From an uncultured Rickettsiales bacterium (GTDB lineage Bacteria; Pseudomonadota; Alphaproteobacteria; Rickettsiales; CAZNNM01), in the NCBI GenBank assembly GCA_964574415.1, contig CAZNNM010000002.1, positions 239,110 through 303,109 of the forward strand: a stretch of 64,000 nucleotides of DNA, written 5' to 3'. A model generated the notes under the pieces. It worked only from the letters and a program-made list of their open reading frames with translations. It ran no database searches and was not told the DNA's origin. This document shows positions 8,779 through 18,683 of this stretch, piece after piece; position 1 is the stretch's first letter; every line of letters starts with the position of its first letter. Both the position numbers and the translations under genes were made by a program.

Positions 8779-9015
8779 GATGAGCCATGCGACAACGCCG
8801 CTACAGCCTGACACGATTATATGCAATCTATAAACAAATAAATCATCTATATTTTTATTTATACCGTCTGGGGTATTATCATATTAACTACAAATCCCCC
8901 TCTGCTGCACTCACCATACGACAGCAAAATAAATAAAAATTTACTAGCCAGCCAGCACCCAAAATTGCTACAATGCTTTTTCGTGTTTTTTTATAATCGA
9001 GTCACTTAGCGAATA

Positions 9016-9498
9016 ATGTTACGTACAAAAAACCCATTTTTGTCTCTAAGAACGTTATTCACCGCCTCTCTTGGGGCGGTATTTTTGTGCTGCCTGCCAC
9101 TCGCCATTGCCCAGGCAGAACAGCAATATCCACAGGATAATGATGCAGATTATTACTACAATAAATACACCCCCGAAGATGCCACTTCCAGCCAAAGCGA
9201 CAACGGTTATTACTTCCAACCGGAGGCCAAAACCCCGCCAGTGGATAACGATGCGTATTATACCGAATATTACTACGGCAATGATCGGAACGCGCAAGAT
9301 AATGTTAGCCCAACCCATGCAACACCTGTCCCAGCACCTGTAGCTCCGCCACAAGCACGACCAATGCCTATGCCCGTGCCAGGCCAGCATATTCCTTATC
9401 CACAACAACATGTTCAGCCACAAGCTGACCCGTATTACTATCCTGAAGGCAACTATCCTCGCGATAATGACGAGGACTATTATCCACTCTATTATTAA
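9016..9498 (+). CDS. Secreted Tyr/Asp/Pro-rich protein with DNDxDY repeats
   Basis: 160 aa. Signal peptide ending AIAQA-EQQ. Repeats are YPQDNDADYYY, PPVDNDAYYTEYYY and YPRDNDEDYYPLYY. No family recognised. Confidence 0.6.
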   Translation: MLRTKNPFLSLRTLFTASLGAVFLCCLPLAIAQAEQQYPQDNDADYYYNKYTPEDATSSQSDNGYYFQPEAKTPPVDNDAYYTEYYYGNDRNAQDNVSPTHATPVPAPVAPPQARPMPMPVPGQHIPYPQQHVQPQADPYYYPEGNYPRDNDEDYYPLYY

Positions 9499-9510
9499 TA
9501 GAGGCAGGTC

Positions 9511-9876
9511 ATGTTGCGTTATAGCCTTCTTCTTGTTACTCTATGCATGCTGCCCGGATGTTTTATGAAAATTCCGGATGGAATTGCGACTAATTCTATC
9601 CCGATTGACAAACTGCCCAATGATATAGATGCCGATTACATCGCCCCGTGGAAGCCCTACCGCCCACGTGTGCCGGTGGATAATGATAGCGACTATATCC
9701 CGCCGCATGGCTATAATAATGGCACTCCAAGTAAATATCCTGGCGATCAGGATGGCAGCTATGTCTATCCCTCTTCGGGCTATTATGAATATAACGGCCA
9801 GTATTACCCACACCGCCCTTATCCGCAGGATAATGAAGCGGATATACTTGATGTCTATCCACTTTATATGGACTAA
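9511..9876 (+). CDS. Lipoprotein with DNDxDY-type repeats (paralog of the preceding gene)
   Basis: 121 aa. Lipobox LPGC. Repeats are LPNDIDADYIAP, VPVDNDSDYIPP, YPGDQDGSYVYP and YPQDNEADILDVYPLYMD. It starts 12 nt after the preceding stop. Confidence 0.6.
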   Translation: MLRYSLLLVTLCMLPGCFMKIPDGIATNSIPIDKLPNDIDADYIAPWKPYRPRVPVDNDSDYIPPHGYNNGTPSKYPGDQDGSYVYPSSGYYEYNGQYYPHRPYPQDNEADILDVYPLYMD

Positions 9877-9925
9877 TCCCATCAGTTGGAGTAGGGTACG
9901 TTCAGATTAATGATAAGGGTTTACT

Positions 9926-10855
9926 ATGAAACGTCTTGTATCTGCTGTGCTTCTCCTCACTACGCTCACCGCCTGCGCGGAGTTACAAAAGCTTGAAGTC
10001 ACCTCTGCTGATCCGAAAAAACCGTTGCAGCCTATGAGCGGCGAAAAAATCCTGGATCAATTAGATGGCCCTAAAGTGGATTCGATCAGTGATTCTGTAG
10101 TAACATCCGCCGAAGCCGCCTTTAAAAAAGGCGAATATGCCAAAGCAGCGCAATATTACAACCAACTCATTCAACAGAAACCGAAAGAAATGCGCTTCCT
10201 GCTTGGCTATGCAGATTCTCTGCGCCTAGATGGCAAAGCCGTGAATGCACGGGAGGCCTATGAAAAAGCGCTGGAGGTTGACCCAAACTCCATCGATGCT
10301 TTTGAAGGCAAAGGCTTAAGCCTGATGGAAGAAGGCAAGTTTGATGCGGCGATTGGTATTTTCAATACCATCTTAAGCAAGGATGCATCACGCTGGCGTA
10401 CCATCAATGCAATTGGGGTAGCCTTAGCGCTCACCAATCGTGGTGATGAAGCGATGCAATATTATAATGCCGCGCTGGAATTCGAGCCAAACAGCTCCAT
10501 CGTCCTCAACAATATGGGCCTGCTGCAAGCCTTAATCGGCAAGCATGAGGAGGCGATCGCCACCCTTAACCGCGCCAGCCAGCTCCTGCGTGATAAAGAT
10601 CCACGCAAACAGCAAGTGGATCTAAATTTAGCCTTAGTCTATGGCATATCAGGCCGGATGGAACAGGCCGAAAACACCGCACGCCCGTATCTCTCACAGG
10701 CAGCGCTCTATAATAATCTGGGATTCTATGCCAAGCTTTCCAATAACCAGGATTTAGCAAAAAGCTACCTCACCAAGGCGCTTGATACTAGCCCTGTGCA
10801 TTACGAAAAAGCATGGAAAAACATGAATGGAGAGGCAGCAAACGCTGCCCATTAA
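9926..10855 (+). CDS. TPR-repeat lipoprotein
   Basis: 309 aa. Lipobox LTAC. Several 34-residue TPR-like units (AAQYYNQLIQQKP, AREAYEKALEVDPN, AMQYYNAALEFEPN). The architecture resembles TadD-like lipoproteins, but no tad genes are nearby. Confidence 0.7.
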   Translation: MKRLVSAVLLLTTLTACAELQKLEVTSADPKKPLQPMSGEKILDQLDGPKVDSISDSVVTSAEAAFKKGEYAKAAQYYNQLIQQKPKEMRFLLGYADSLRLDGKAVNAREAYEKALEVDPNSIDAFEGKGLSLMEEGKFDAAIGIFNTILSKDASRWRTINAIGVALALTNRGDEAMQYYNAALEFEPNSSIVLNNMGLLQALIGKHEEAIATLNRASQLLRDKDPRKQQVDLNLALVYGISGRMEQAENTARPYLSQAALYNNLGFYAKLSNNQDLAKSYLTKALDTSPVHYEKAWKNMNGEAANAAH

Positions 10856-10873
10856 GCAACGCTTTATACGTTA

Positions 10874-11221
10874 TTAGCGCGACCAGCCGCCATCGCCACC
10901 GGTATGAATAGGAGCAGGCATAGCATGATTATCGCCTCCGCCCGATGAACCACCTGTGGCACTGCCACCGCCACTAGAGAATAACCCTTGCCCGAAACCT
11001 TGCCCAATATTTTTTGCAATATTGGATTGCGGCGCCAAACCACCTAAATCTACCCGCGCAAATGACATAATCTGGAGGCTAAACCCTCCTGTGATGGCAG
11101 GAAAGGCATTACCAAGCCCCACAAGCTGAGCAGTTGGGCTGGATTTTCCCATCCCTTTAGCGGCCTGAGTCTGCGACATGACCGCTCCCATATCAACACC
11201 AGCAGCAACTCCATCTTTCAT
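10874..11221 (-). CDS. Hypothetical glycine-rich protein
   Basis: 115-aa ORF with a Gly/Ser-rich C-terminal half (GQGFGQGLFSSGGGSATGGSSGGGDN). No signal peptide or family recognised, so coding status is uncertain. Confidence 0.4.
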   Translation of the reverse strand: MKDGVAAGVDMGAVMSQTQAAKGMGKSSPTAQLVGLGNAFPAITGGFSLQIMSFARVDLGGLAPQSNIAKNIGQGFGQGLFSSGGGSATGGSSGGGDNHAMPAPIHTGGDGGWSR

Positions 11222-11336
11222 AGCACAACTCCCTTTAAAGCTGAAAGAAGTATAGCATAATTTGTTTTTTAAGGAAAGTTACAGTTTCTTTACTAATAAT
11301 AATGCAGGAATAACAGCATATTATAAAAACCACTCT

Positions 11337-11704
11337 TGTCATTCACCGGCTTGATCCAAGAATCCATCACAAATAAATGCTTTATATTTTTAGATGGATT
11401 GCCGCGTCGCTAACGCTCCTAGCAATGACGAGGCTTACTTTGTCATCCTTGGGCTTGACCCAAGGATCCATCCTAAACAGAGAGCAACAATACGACTTTG
11501 AATAATGCTATGTATTTTAGATGGATTCTTGGATCAAGTCCAAGAATGACAGAGAAACCATACCACCGTCATCGCGAGCTTTAGCGAAGCGACTTTGTCT
11601 CGCCACAGCCCTTTAGGGCGTAGGAGGATTCATATTTCCTGCATAAAGGACGGAGAAGTTATAAACATGGATTGCCACGTCCACTATGTGGCCTCGCAAT
11701 GACG
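11337..11704. repeat. Cluster of palindromic repeats (partial family C, partial family B, full family C 11441..11551, family B 11567..11704)
   Basis: The sequence at 11441..11551 closely matches 8567..8677. cgtcatcgcgagc...cctcgcaatgacg at 11567..11704. Confidence 0.9.
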
Positions 11705-11839
11705 AGCAACCACGCAACAACGGCGATCAAGCCAACACATAACACAGAAACCACCCCTTCCCTGCTTTTTCTGCTATACTACCGAAGACTTTCCGCTTTT
11801 CATACGTATAAACCTATATACATATTACCAGGTTGCCCT

Positions 11840-12988
11840 ATGAACAAACGAACCCTTATTATATCTATCAGTATCTTAGCCATTCTCACCACCCTTACCG
11901 CCTGGTATATCACCAGCCGTTCCGGCACGGAAGCTTCTGCCACCAACCATGTTACCCTCACCCGTGGCACGATTGAGGAAACGGTAACGGCACAGGGGAA
12001 ATTGGAGCCGAAAGAATATGTGGATGTCGGCGCACAAGTATCAGGTCAGCTCAAGAAACTGCATGTGGATTTGGGCTATATTGTCAAAAAAGGTGATATT
12101 ATCGCCGAAATCGACCCCAAGGTCTATGAAGCCCGCGTAAAAGCCTCACAAGCGAAACTTGATACGCTCAAAGCCCAACTGGCTGAACAAGAAGCTGAAA
12201 CCAGCTTCGCTCAGCAGCAATTAGAACGTAATCAACGCCTAATTGCCTCAAAAGCCATTAGCCAGGAGGCTTTAGAAGACACCCAAACCGCCAAAAAAGT
12301 AGCCGAAGCCCGTGTAGCTTCTCTCAAGGCACAAATCGATGAAGCCCAATCCACCCTGGAAGGTGATCAGGCGAATTTGCAGTATACGAAAATTTATGCC
12401 CCGATGGATGGCACGGTGGTGGTGCTTACAACCCGCGAAGGCCAAACCGTCAATGCCAACCAAACCGCCCCGGTCATCGTGCAACTAGCCAATCTTGATA
12501 TTATGACCGTCAAAGCCCAAGTTGCTGAAGCCGATGTGATGCGCCTCAAGCCTGGGATGAATGTTTCCTTCGCCACACTCGGCAGCCTTGACCGCCGTTG
12601 GACAGGCACAATCCGCCAGATTCTCCCCTCACCTGAAATCATCAACGATGTCGTCCTCTATAACGCCCTCGTCGATGTCGATAATGCCGACCGCCAATTA
12701 ATGAGCGGGATGAGTACACAAATGTTCTTTGAACTGGGCAAGGCAGAGGATGTGTTACTCCTACCCGTCACCGCACTCGGCAAAGCCCTGCCAGAAGAAA
12801 ACAGTGAAAAAGGCACTGCCTACCAAGTGCGCACACCTGCTGGTATGAAAGTGATCCATACCGGTTTGATGAGCCGTAATTTTGTGGAGGTGACTGAGGG
12901 CTTAAAAGAGAGCGACACTGTAATTGCACCCTTAGGCGCCAATAAAGCAGCCGGCCAAACCCCACGCGGATTCGGGCCACGCATATGA
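11840..12988 (+). CDS. macA: Efflux periplasmic adaptor (membrane fusion protein), MacA-like
   Basis: Start set at ATG 11840 (MNKRTLIISISILAI...). HlyD/RND-MFP pattern with a coiled-coil segment and YTKIYAPMDGTVV. It overlaps macB by 4 bp. Confidence 0.85.
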   Translation: MNKRTLIISISILAILTTLTAWYITSRSGTEASATNHVTLTRGTIEETVTAQGKLEPKEYVDVGAQVSGQLKKLHVDLGYIVKKGDIIAEIDPKVYEARVKASQAKLDTLKAQLAEQEAETSFAQQQLERNQRLIASKAISQEALEDTQTAKKVAEARVASLKAQIDEAQSTLEGDQANLQYTKIYAPMDGTVVVLTTREGQTVNANQTAPVIVQLANLDIMTVKAQVAEADVMRLKPGMNVSFATLGSLDRRWTGTIRQILPSPEIINDVVLYNALVDVDNADRQLMSGMSTQMFFELGKAEDVLLLPVTALGKALPEENSEKGTAYQVRTPAGMKVIHTGLMSRNFVEVTEGLKESDTVIAPLGANKAAGQTPRGFGPRI

Positions 12989-14910
12989 GCGCATTGCTGG
13001 AAATTAGCCATATTAAGCGTTTTTATAGCAGTGGTGACACCACCGTCCGCGCGCTCGATGACGTATCGCTTTCCATTTACCCTGGCGAATTTGTGGCGAT
13101 TATGGGGCAATCGGGTTCGGGTAAATCGACTTTAATGAACATCATCGGCTGCTTGGATCAGCCAACCTCAGGCAGCTATAAAGTGCGCGGTATTGAAGCC
13201 AGCACGCTCGATAGTGATGCACTGGCTGCACTGCGGCGTGATACGTTTGGCTTTATCTTCCAACGCTATAACCTGCTTGCCACCGCTACTGCCGAAGAGA
13301 ACGTAGAAATTCCTGCTATCTATGCTGGAAAGCCCAAAGAATCCCGCGTTATACAAGCGCGCAAACTGCTCACCCGCTTAGGACTGGGTGACCGTAGTGA
13401 CCACACACCATCCCAACTTTCCGGCGGCCAGCAACAACGTGTCGCTATTGCACGTGCCTTGATGAATAACCCGCCGATTATTCTCGCCGATGAACCCACC
13501 GGTGCGCTGGATAGCCGTAGCGGTGAAGAAGTCATGGCATTGCTCAAAGAACTCCACAGCGAAGGCCGCACAATTATCCTGATTACCCATGATGAAAACG
13601 TCGCCGCTAACGCAGAACGCATCATCCGTATTCAAGATGGGAAGATCGTTGAAGAAAGTGGAAAAATTATCACCGACCCACAGATCACCGCCACCAAACA
13701 CCACCTCGCCCATGCCGATAGTATCGGCGATATTAGCGAAGCGATTAAAATGGCAATGCGCTCCCTACACACAAACCTCTTCCGCACCGCCCTTACCTTA
13801 CTGGGCATTATTATTGGTGTCGCTTCGGTGATTATTATGCTCGCCGTGGGTGATGGCAGTAAACAAAAAGTGCTGGATCAAATTTCAGCTATGGGAACCA
13901 ATCTCCTCGGTGTACGCCCTGGCGCGCCAGGGATACGCGGTGGTGGCGATGTGATCACCCTCATTCCTGATGATGCAGAAGCCATTACCCATATCAATAA
14001 TGTCGAAATCGCCGTGCCAGAACGTGGCGGCAGATTCACGGTACGCTATGGCAATATCGACTATGCCACCGCCATACAAGGCGTTGGCGAAGGCTTCTCT
14101 GCTGCGCGTGATTGGCAGGTTGTTGCAGGTAGCTTCTTCACCGAGCGCGATGTGAAAAGCTATGCACCAGTCGCACTACTGGGTAAAACCGTACTCAACA
14201 ATTTATTCCCCAATGGCGAGAATCCCATTGGCGAATATATCCTCATCCGCAACGTACCGTTTGAAGTGATTGGCATTATGGATGAAAAAGGCGCCGGCTG
14301 GGGTGGTGATCAGGATGATGCGGTGGTTATTCCTTATACTACAGGCATTATCCGCCTATTCGGCCTGCCATATCTCAACTCCATTACGGTGAAAGTGACC
14401 GACCTAAAACATATCGATAAAACCCAAGAAGACATCACCGAACTGCTCAAAGCCCGCCATCGCACAGAAGATTTCAGCATTCGTAGTTCCGCCTCGATTA
14501 TCGACATGGCCTCCACCGCTCAAAACACGCTCACCGTATTGCTTGGTGCTGTAGCCGCAATTTCACTTTTCGTAGGCGGTATTGGAGTGATGAATATTAT
14601 GCTGGTAAGCGTCACCGAACGCACACGCGAAATCGGCATACGCATGGCCACCGGCGCACGGATGCGGGATATTATGGTGCAGTTTAATACGGAAGCAGCG
14701 GTGGTATGTACTGTCGGCGGTGTATTAGGACTCATACTCGGATTCACAGGCGGATTTATCCTGCAAGGATTTGGCGTCTCTGTGCTGTTTTCACCCTTCC
14801 CCGCCATGCTTGCATTCTCATGTGCTGTGCTGACAGGTGTTGTATTCGGCTATCTACCTGCACGCAAAGCCGCCAAGCTTGATCCTGTTGTTGCACTAGC
14901 GTCGGAGTAG
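12985..14910 (+). CDS. macB: MacB-type ABC transporter (fused ATPase and FtsX-like permease)
   Basis: 641 aa. Walker A GQSGSGKST, signature LSGGQQQRVAIARA and Walker B ILADEPTGALD, followed by a large periplasmic loop and a C-terminal 4-TM FtsX domain (TREIGIRMATGAR). Confidence 0.9.
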   Translation: MSALLEISHIKRFYSSGDTTVRALDDVSLSIYPGEFVAIMGQSGSGKSTLMNIIGCLDQPTSGSYKVRGIEASTLDSDALAALRRDTFGFIFQRYNLLATATAEENVEIPAIYAGKPKESRVIQARKLLTRLGLGDRSDHTPSQLSGGQQQRVAIARALMNNPPIILADEPTGALDSRSGEEVMALLKELHSEGRTIILITHDENVAANAERIIRIQDGKIVEESGKIITDPQITATKHHLAHADSIGDISEAIKMAMRSLHTNLFRTALTLLGIIIGVASVIIMLAVGDGSKQKVLDQISAMGTNLLGVRPGAPGIRGGGDVITLIPDDAEAITHINNVEIAVPERGGRFTVRYGNIDYATAIQGVGEGFSAARDWQVVAGSFFTERDVKSYAPVALLGKTVLNNLFPNGENPIGEYILIRNVPFEVIGIMDEKGAGWGGDQDDAVVIPYTTGIIRLFGLPYLNSITVKVTDLKHIDKTQEDITELLKARHRTEDFSIRSSASIIDMASTAQNTLTVLLGAVAAISLFVGGIGVMNIMLVSVTERTREIGIRMATGARMRDIMVQFNTEAAVVCTVGGVLGLILGFTGGFILQGFGVSVLFSPFPAMLAFSCAVLTGVVFGYLPARKAAKLDPVVALASE

Positions 14911-14912
14911 TT

Positions 14913-16301
14913 ATGATACGCCCCTTTCTCCTTACTACATGCCTGATAAGCCTTGCCAGTTGCACTCCCTCTATGGAAAAATTGACAGCAATGGCCATCC
15001 CAAGCCAATGGAAACAACAACCTACTGCAAGCACTGGGCCAGCCTTGCCCGATACCACTGCGCCCTGGTGGGAAAATTTTCAGGATGCGGAGCTTAATAG
15101 CCTAGTCACCGATGCGCTTGCACATAATAACGATGTGCAAGCTGCCATTACACGCGTGGAACAAGCCCGTGCCAGCCGTGTGATTGGTGGTGCAGGCCTA
15201 TGGCCGAATCTGAATCTCACGGGCGGCGCATCAAAGAATAATAGCGATATCAATGGTACCAGCGAACGTTATAATGCACAGCTCGGCGTTGCGTATGAGT
15301 TGGATTTATTCGGCAAAAACCTATCCCTCAAACACGCAGCCGATGCTAATTTCCGTGCGAGCCAATACGATAAAAAGGCGATTGATCTCATTACCTCTTC
15401 TGATGTAACTGCCAGCTATTTCAACACGCTTTCTCTTGATGACCAAATCAAGGATGCCGAACAAAATGTGAGCAATGCGCAAGAAATTTTGGATATTATC
15501 GAAGCACGGTTTAAAGAGGGCAGTGTTTCGGCGCTGGAAGTCTCCCAACAACGCACCGAGCTTGCCACTACTCAAGCCCAAAGAGCCGCGCTTATTGATC
15601 AACGCAATGCATCACTCACACAGCTTGCCGTCCTCCTCGGCAAAGCCCCGCAAGAATTTAACCTGCGCACAGAAACACTGGCTGAGCTTACCGCGCCACA
15701 GATTGCACCAACACTGCCAGCAACCTTACTCACCGCACGCCCCGATATACAACGCGCAGAAGCCACCCTTGCTGCCGCCCGCGCCAATGTCAGCGCCACA
15801 CGGGCCGCACTTTTCCCTAGCCTTACTTTAGGCGCCAGCGCCTCTGCACTGGCTAATCCTGCCGAAGCCGTAACCTCTATTAGCGCATCACTGGTTGCCC
15901 CTTTATTCCAAGGTGGCCGGTTAAAAGCCGATCTTGACCGCGTCACCGCGCGGCAGATGGAATTGGTGCAAGACTACCAGAAAACCGTGCTAACTGCCTT
16001 TAAAGAAGTAGAAGATGCGCTTTCTGCCAACAAGGCAGCTGATACGCGTTACACTCTCTTCACCACCGCAGCAACCGAAGCAGATAATGCCTATAATCTC
16101 GCCCGCGAACGGTTTGATGCCGGTGCGATTGATTTCCAAACCCTGCTTGACACACAACGCAGCCAACTCCAAGCCCATACAAACCTCACCCAAGCCAAAC
16201 AAGAATCCCTTGTAGCCGCTCTGGCACTGTATCGGGCGTTAGGTGGGAATACGAAAATGACAACGCTAGCGTTATCGGATAACGGATTGCAGGAGGAGTG
16301 A
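14913..16301 (+). CDS. Outer-membrane efflux lipoprotein, NodT/TolC family
   Basis: 462 aa. Lipobox LASC. Two OEP repeats (TARPDIQRAEATLAAARANVSATRAALFPSLTL). It is the third gene of the macAB operon. Confidence 0.85.
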   Translation: MIRPFLLTTCLISLASCTPSMEKLTAMAIPSQWKQQPTASTGPALPDTTAPWWENFQDAELNSLVTDALAHNNDVQAAITRVEQARASRVIGGAGLWPNLNLTGGASKNNSDINGTSERYNAQLGVAYELDLFGKNLSLKHAADANFRASQYDKKAIDLITSSDVTASYFNTLSLDDQIKDAEQNVSNAQEILDIIEARFKEGSVSALEVSQQRTELATTQAQRAALIDQRNASLTQLAVLLGKAPQEFNLRTETLAELTAPQIAPTLPATLLTARPDIQRAEATLAAARANVSATRAALFPSLTLGASASALANPAEAVTSISASLVAPLFQGGRLKADLDRVTARQMELVQDYQKTVLTAFKEVEDALSANKAADTRYTLFTTAATEADNAYNLARERFDAGAIDFQTLLDTQRSQLQAHTNLTQAKQESLVAALALYRALGGNTKMTTLALSDNGLQEE

Positions 16302-16339
16302 TGGGTTGTTATGAGGAGATAGCAAAGCGCAGACATCCT

Positions 16340-16705
16340 TGCAATTCTTGGGCTTGATGCATTGCCTGATCGTCACTGCGAGGAGCAGTAGCGACGCGGC
16401 GGTCCATGTTTAGGGTTTCTCTGTTCCTTATGTAGGATACATGGATCGCCACATTTTGCTGGCGATGAACAAAACATTCATTGTCATCCTTGGACTTGAT
16501 CAGCGTTGTTGCATGGCTCCATACCCTATTGCTATTTGTCATCCCGGACGTGGCGGTTCGATGAAATCGAGAGCGGGATCCACTGTTATGGCAGAGTGAT
16601 TTATAAGCATTGAATGTGGAAGCGCCAGTCCTGGTGGATTCCGGGTCAAGCCCGGAATGACAAAAGAGGGCCAGGCAACAATGCCCACTTGACCCAAGGA
16701 TAACA
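16340..16705. repeat. Composite palindromic repeat cluster (family B 16371..16468; outer family D arms enclosing family A 16537..16662)
   Basis: cgtcactgcgaggagcagtagcgacgcgg... is followed by tgtcatccttggacttgatcagcgttgttgcatgg...[tgtcatcccggacg...cccggaatgaca]...gacccaaggataaca. Confidence 0.85.
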
Positions 16706-16719
16706 AGCAATACGGACGA

Positions 16720-17883
16720 CTACCCCAACTCCACCATCTTCATCCGGTTTCCATGCGCCGTAAGCGCAATTTTCCCTTCTTTCAGTGCCAGCGCATATTG
16801 GCCAAACACCTCATAGCGCCAGCCATGCATAGCAGGCACATCGGGCTTTTTTTCAGTCGCAATGATCATAATATCATCACTATCAGCAATCAATTTTGCC
16901 GCCACATCATGCTCATCCGCCTGGATGCGCAGCAATACTTTCAGTAATTCTGCAACCGAACTGCTCTTCACCACTTTTGGCTTTTCCACCGGCTCTTTCT
17001 CAAGCTCTTCGGCCGATAAAGCATCGACATGAAGAATAATATCCAGAATCTCTTTGCCCCATGCACCTTCTGCCATTTTCTTAGAAAAACCACGAATATG
17101 GCTCAATGCTTCTATGGTTTTCGGCGCGGAAGCTGCGATTTCGAGCAATATTTGCTCTTTCAATACATGATTACGCGGCAAATCCCGTTTCTGCGCGGTT
17201 TCTTCACGCCATTTGGCCAGATGCTGCACACGTTTGACAAATTTAACCGATTTTCCACCCCGTAAACGGATTTTCTGCCAGACATCCTCCGGCAAAGCAC
17301 TATACGTGGCAGGATCGGTGAGAATTTCCATCTCTTCTTTTAACCAATGGCTACGTCCTGTTTCATCCAAACGCCCCACCAGTTTTTCATAAACAGTACG
17401 CAAATAGGTCACATCCGATAGTGCATAACGCACTTGTTTTTCGGTAAGCGGGCGATGCGACCAATCGGTAAAACGCGCGCTTTTATCCACTTCAGCATCG
17501 GCCAGTTTGCGCACCAGCGTTTCATAACTTGCCGCTTCACCAAACCCACACACCATCGCGGCTACTTGTGTATCAAACAGCGGATGAGGAATTTTGCCAG
17601 AGAGTTTATAGATAATCTCCAAATCCTGCCGCGCAGAATGGAAGACTTTAAGAATATGCTTATTATTAAATAACTTGAATAGCGGTTTCAGATCAATGCC
17701 AGGCGCTAGCGTATCCACCGCAAAATCACTCTCCGGCCCTGCGACTTGAATCAAACAGAGCAATGGATAATAGGTCTTCTCCCGCAAAAACTCGGTATCC
17801 ACCGTAATGTATTTCGCTTTTTCAAGCGCTTGGCAATGTTTTTCCAGCGCTTCCGTAGTGGTGACTAGTTTTTCAAAGGGCAT
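16720..17883 (-). CDS. rnd: Ribonuclease D
   Basis: 387 aa. DEDD 3'-5' exonuclease motifs (ITVDTEF, HSARQDLEI, YALSDVTYL) plus an HRDC region. Confidence 0.9.
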   Translation of the reverse strand: MPFEKLVTTTEALEKHCQALEKAKYITVDTEFLREKTYYPLLCLIQVAGPESDFAVDTLAPGIDLKPLFKLFNNKHILKVFHSARQDLEIIYKLSGKIPHPLFDTQVAAMVCGFGEAASYETLVRKLADAEVDKSARFTDWSHRPLTEKQVRYALSDVTYLRTVYEKLVGRLDETGRSHWLKEEMEILTDPATYSALPEDVWQKIRLRGGKSVKFVKRVQHLAKWREETAQKRDLPRNHVLKEQILLEIAASAPKTIEALSHIRGFSKKMAEGAWGKEILDIILHVDALSAEELEKEPVEKPKVVKSSSVAELLKVLLRIQADEHDVAAKLIADSDDIMIIATEKKPDVPAMHGWRYEVFGQYALALKEGKIALTAHGNRMKMVELG

Positions 17884-17952
17884 AATACCAGCTTTTATGG
17901 TGTCTAAAGTGTTGCTACTCTAGCACTTATTCTTTACTTGTCACCTGGTTTC

Positions 17953-18288
17953 TTACAGGATCAATACTTTAAGTTTCTGACGCACTTCATCTAATTCAGC
18001 AGCAGTCGCAGCACCTTTTCGTTTCGCATGACGCACCCGCCAATCGAGGCTTTTTACTTGATCCGCAAGCACCACACTGGTGCGCTCACTCGTAATACGC
18101 ACTTCAAATGGATAGCCCTTGCTTTTTGTTGTCATAGGGCAGCAAATCATCAGCCCTGTTTTTTCATTGTATAACTCAGAGCTTAATACCAATGCCGGAC
18201 GGCGCCCTTTTTGCTCATACCCAGCTTGTGGATCAAATTCCAGCCAGACAATATCACCTGCTGCCGGCACATAGGCACGTTTTACCAT
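17953..18288 (-). CDS. mazF: Type II toxin, MazF/PemK family endoribonuclease
   Basis: 111 aa. GDIVWLEFDPQAGYEQKGRRPALVLS...CPMTTKSKGYPFEV...ADQVKSLDW is the classic PemK/MazF pattern. Confidence 0.9.
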   Translation of the reverse strand: MVKRAYVPAAGDIVWLEFDPQAGYEQKGRRPALVLSSELYNEKTGLMICCPMTTKSKGYPFEVRITSERTSVVLADQVKSLDWRVRHAKRKGAATAAELDEVRQKLKVLIL

Positions 18289-18524
18289 ATTTCCTTACCC
18301 TTTGCCGGGCCGATAGATACTTCGTGATGCAGATTTTCTTCTGTGATACCAGCAAGCAATACCTCTAGCGTATATTCTTCCTGCTTCACAGGTTCAATAA
18401 TCACGCGGCCATTCTCTTCATGCACTTCCACCATTTGATCTACCTCAAAATGCACTGCCTGCATCACATGCGCTGGAATTCTTACCGCTGGGCTATTACC
18501 CCATTTTTTTATTGTCACCTGCAT
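18282..18524 (-). CDS. mazE: Antitoxin, MazE/AbrB (SpoVT) family
   Basis: Start set at ATG 18524 (MQVTIKKWGNSPAVRIPAHVM), with AAGGAG upstream. 80 aa. It overlaps mazF by 7 nt. Confidence 0.85.
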   Translation of the reverse strand: MQVTIKKWGNSPAVRIPAHVMQAVHFEVDQMVEVHEENGRVIIEPVKQEEYTLEVLLAGITEENLHHEVSIGPAKGKEIW

Positions 18525-18683
18525 TGCAATCACTCCTTGTAGTATTTGATTGATTATACAGCAAAAACCCAAATGTGTCAACATTGTATATACATTATTA
18601 TAACCACCTGATATGCGATACATCCTTTACTTGTCACCTAGTTTTAGCTATACGGATAAAAGACATTATAGTATGAGGATTCT

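Noticed and set aside
9926-10855. Assignment of the TPR lipoprotein as TadD of a Flp/Tad pilus locus
   Set aside because: Only the general architecture (a lipoprotein with TPR repeats) fits. No tadA/B/C, rcp or flp genes are present in the neighbourhood.
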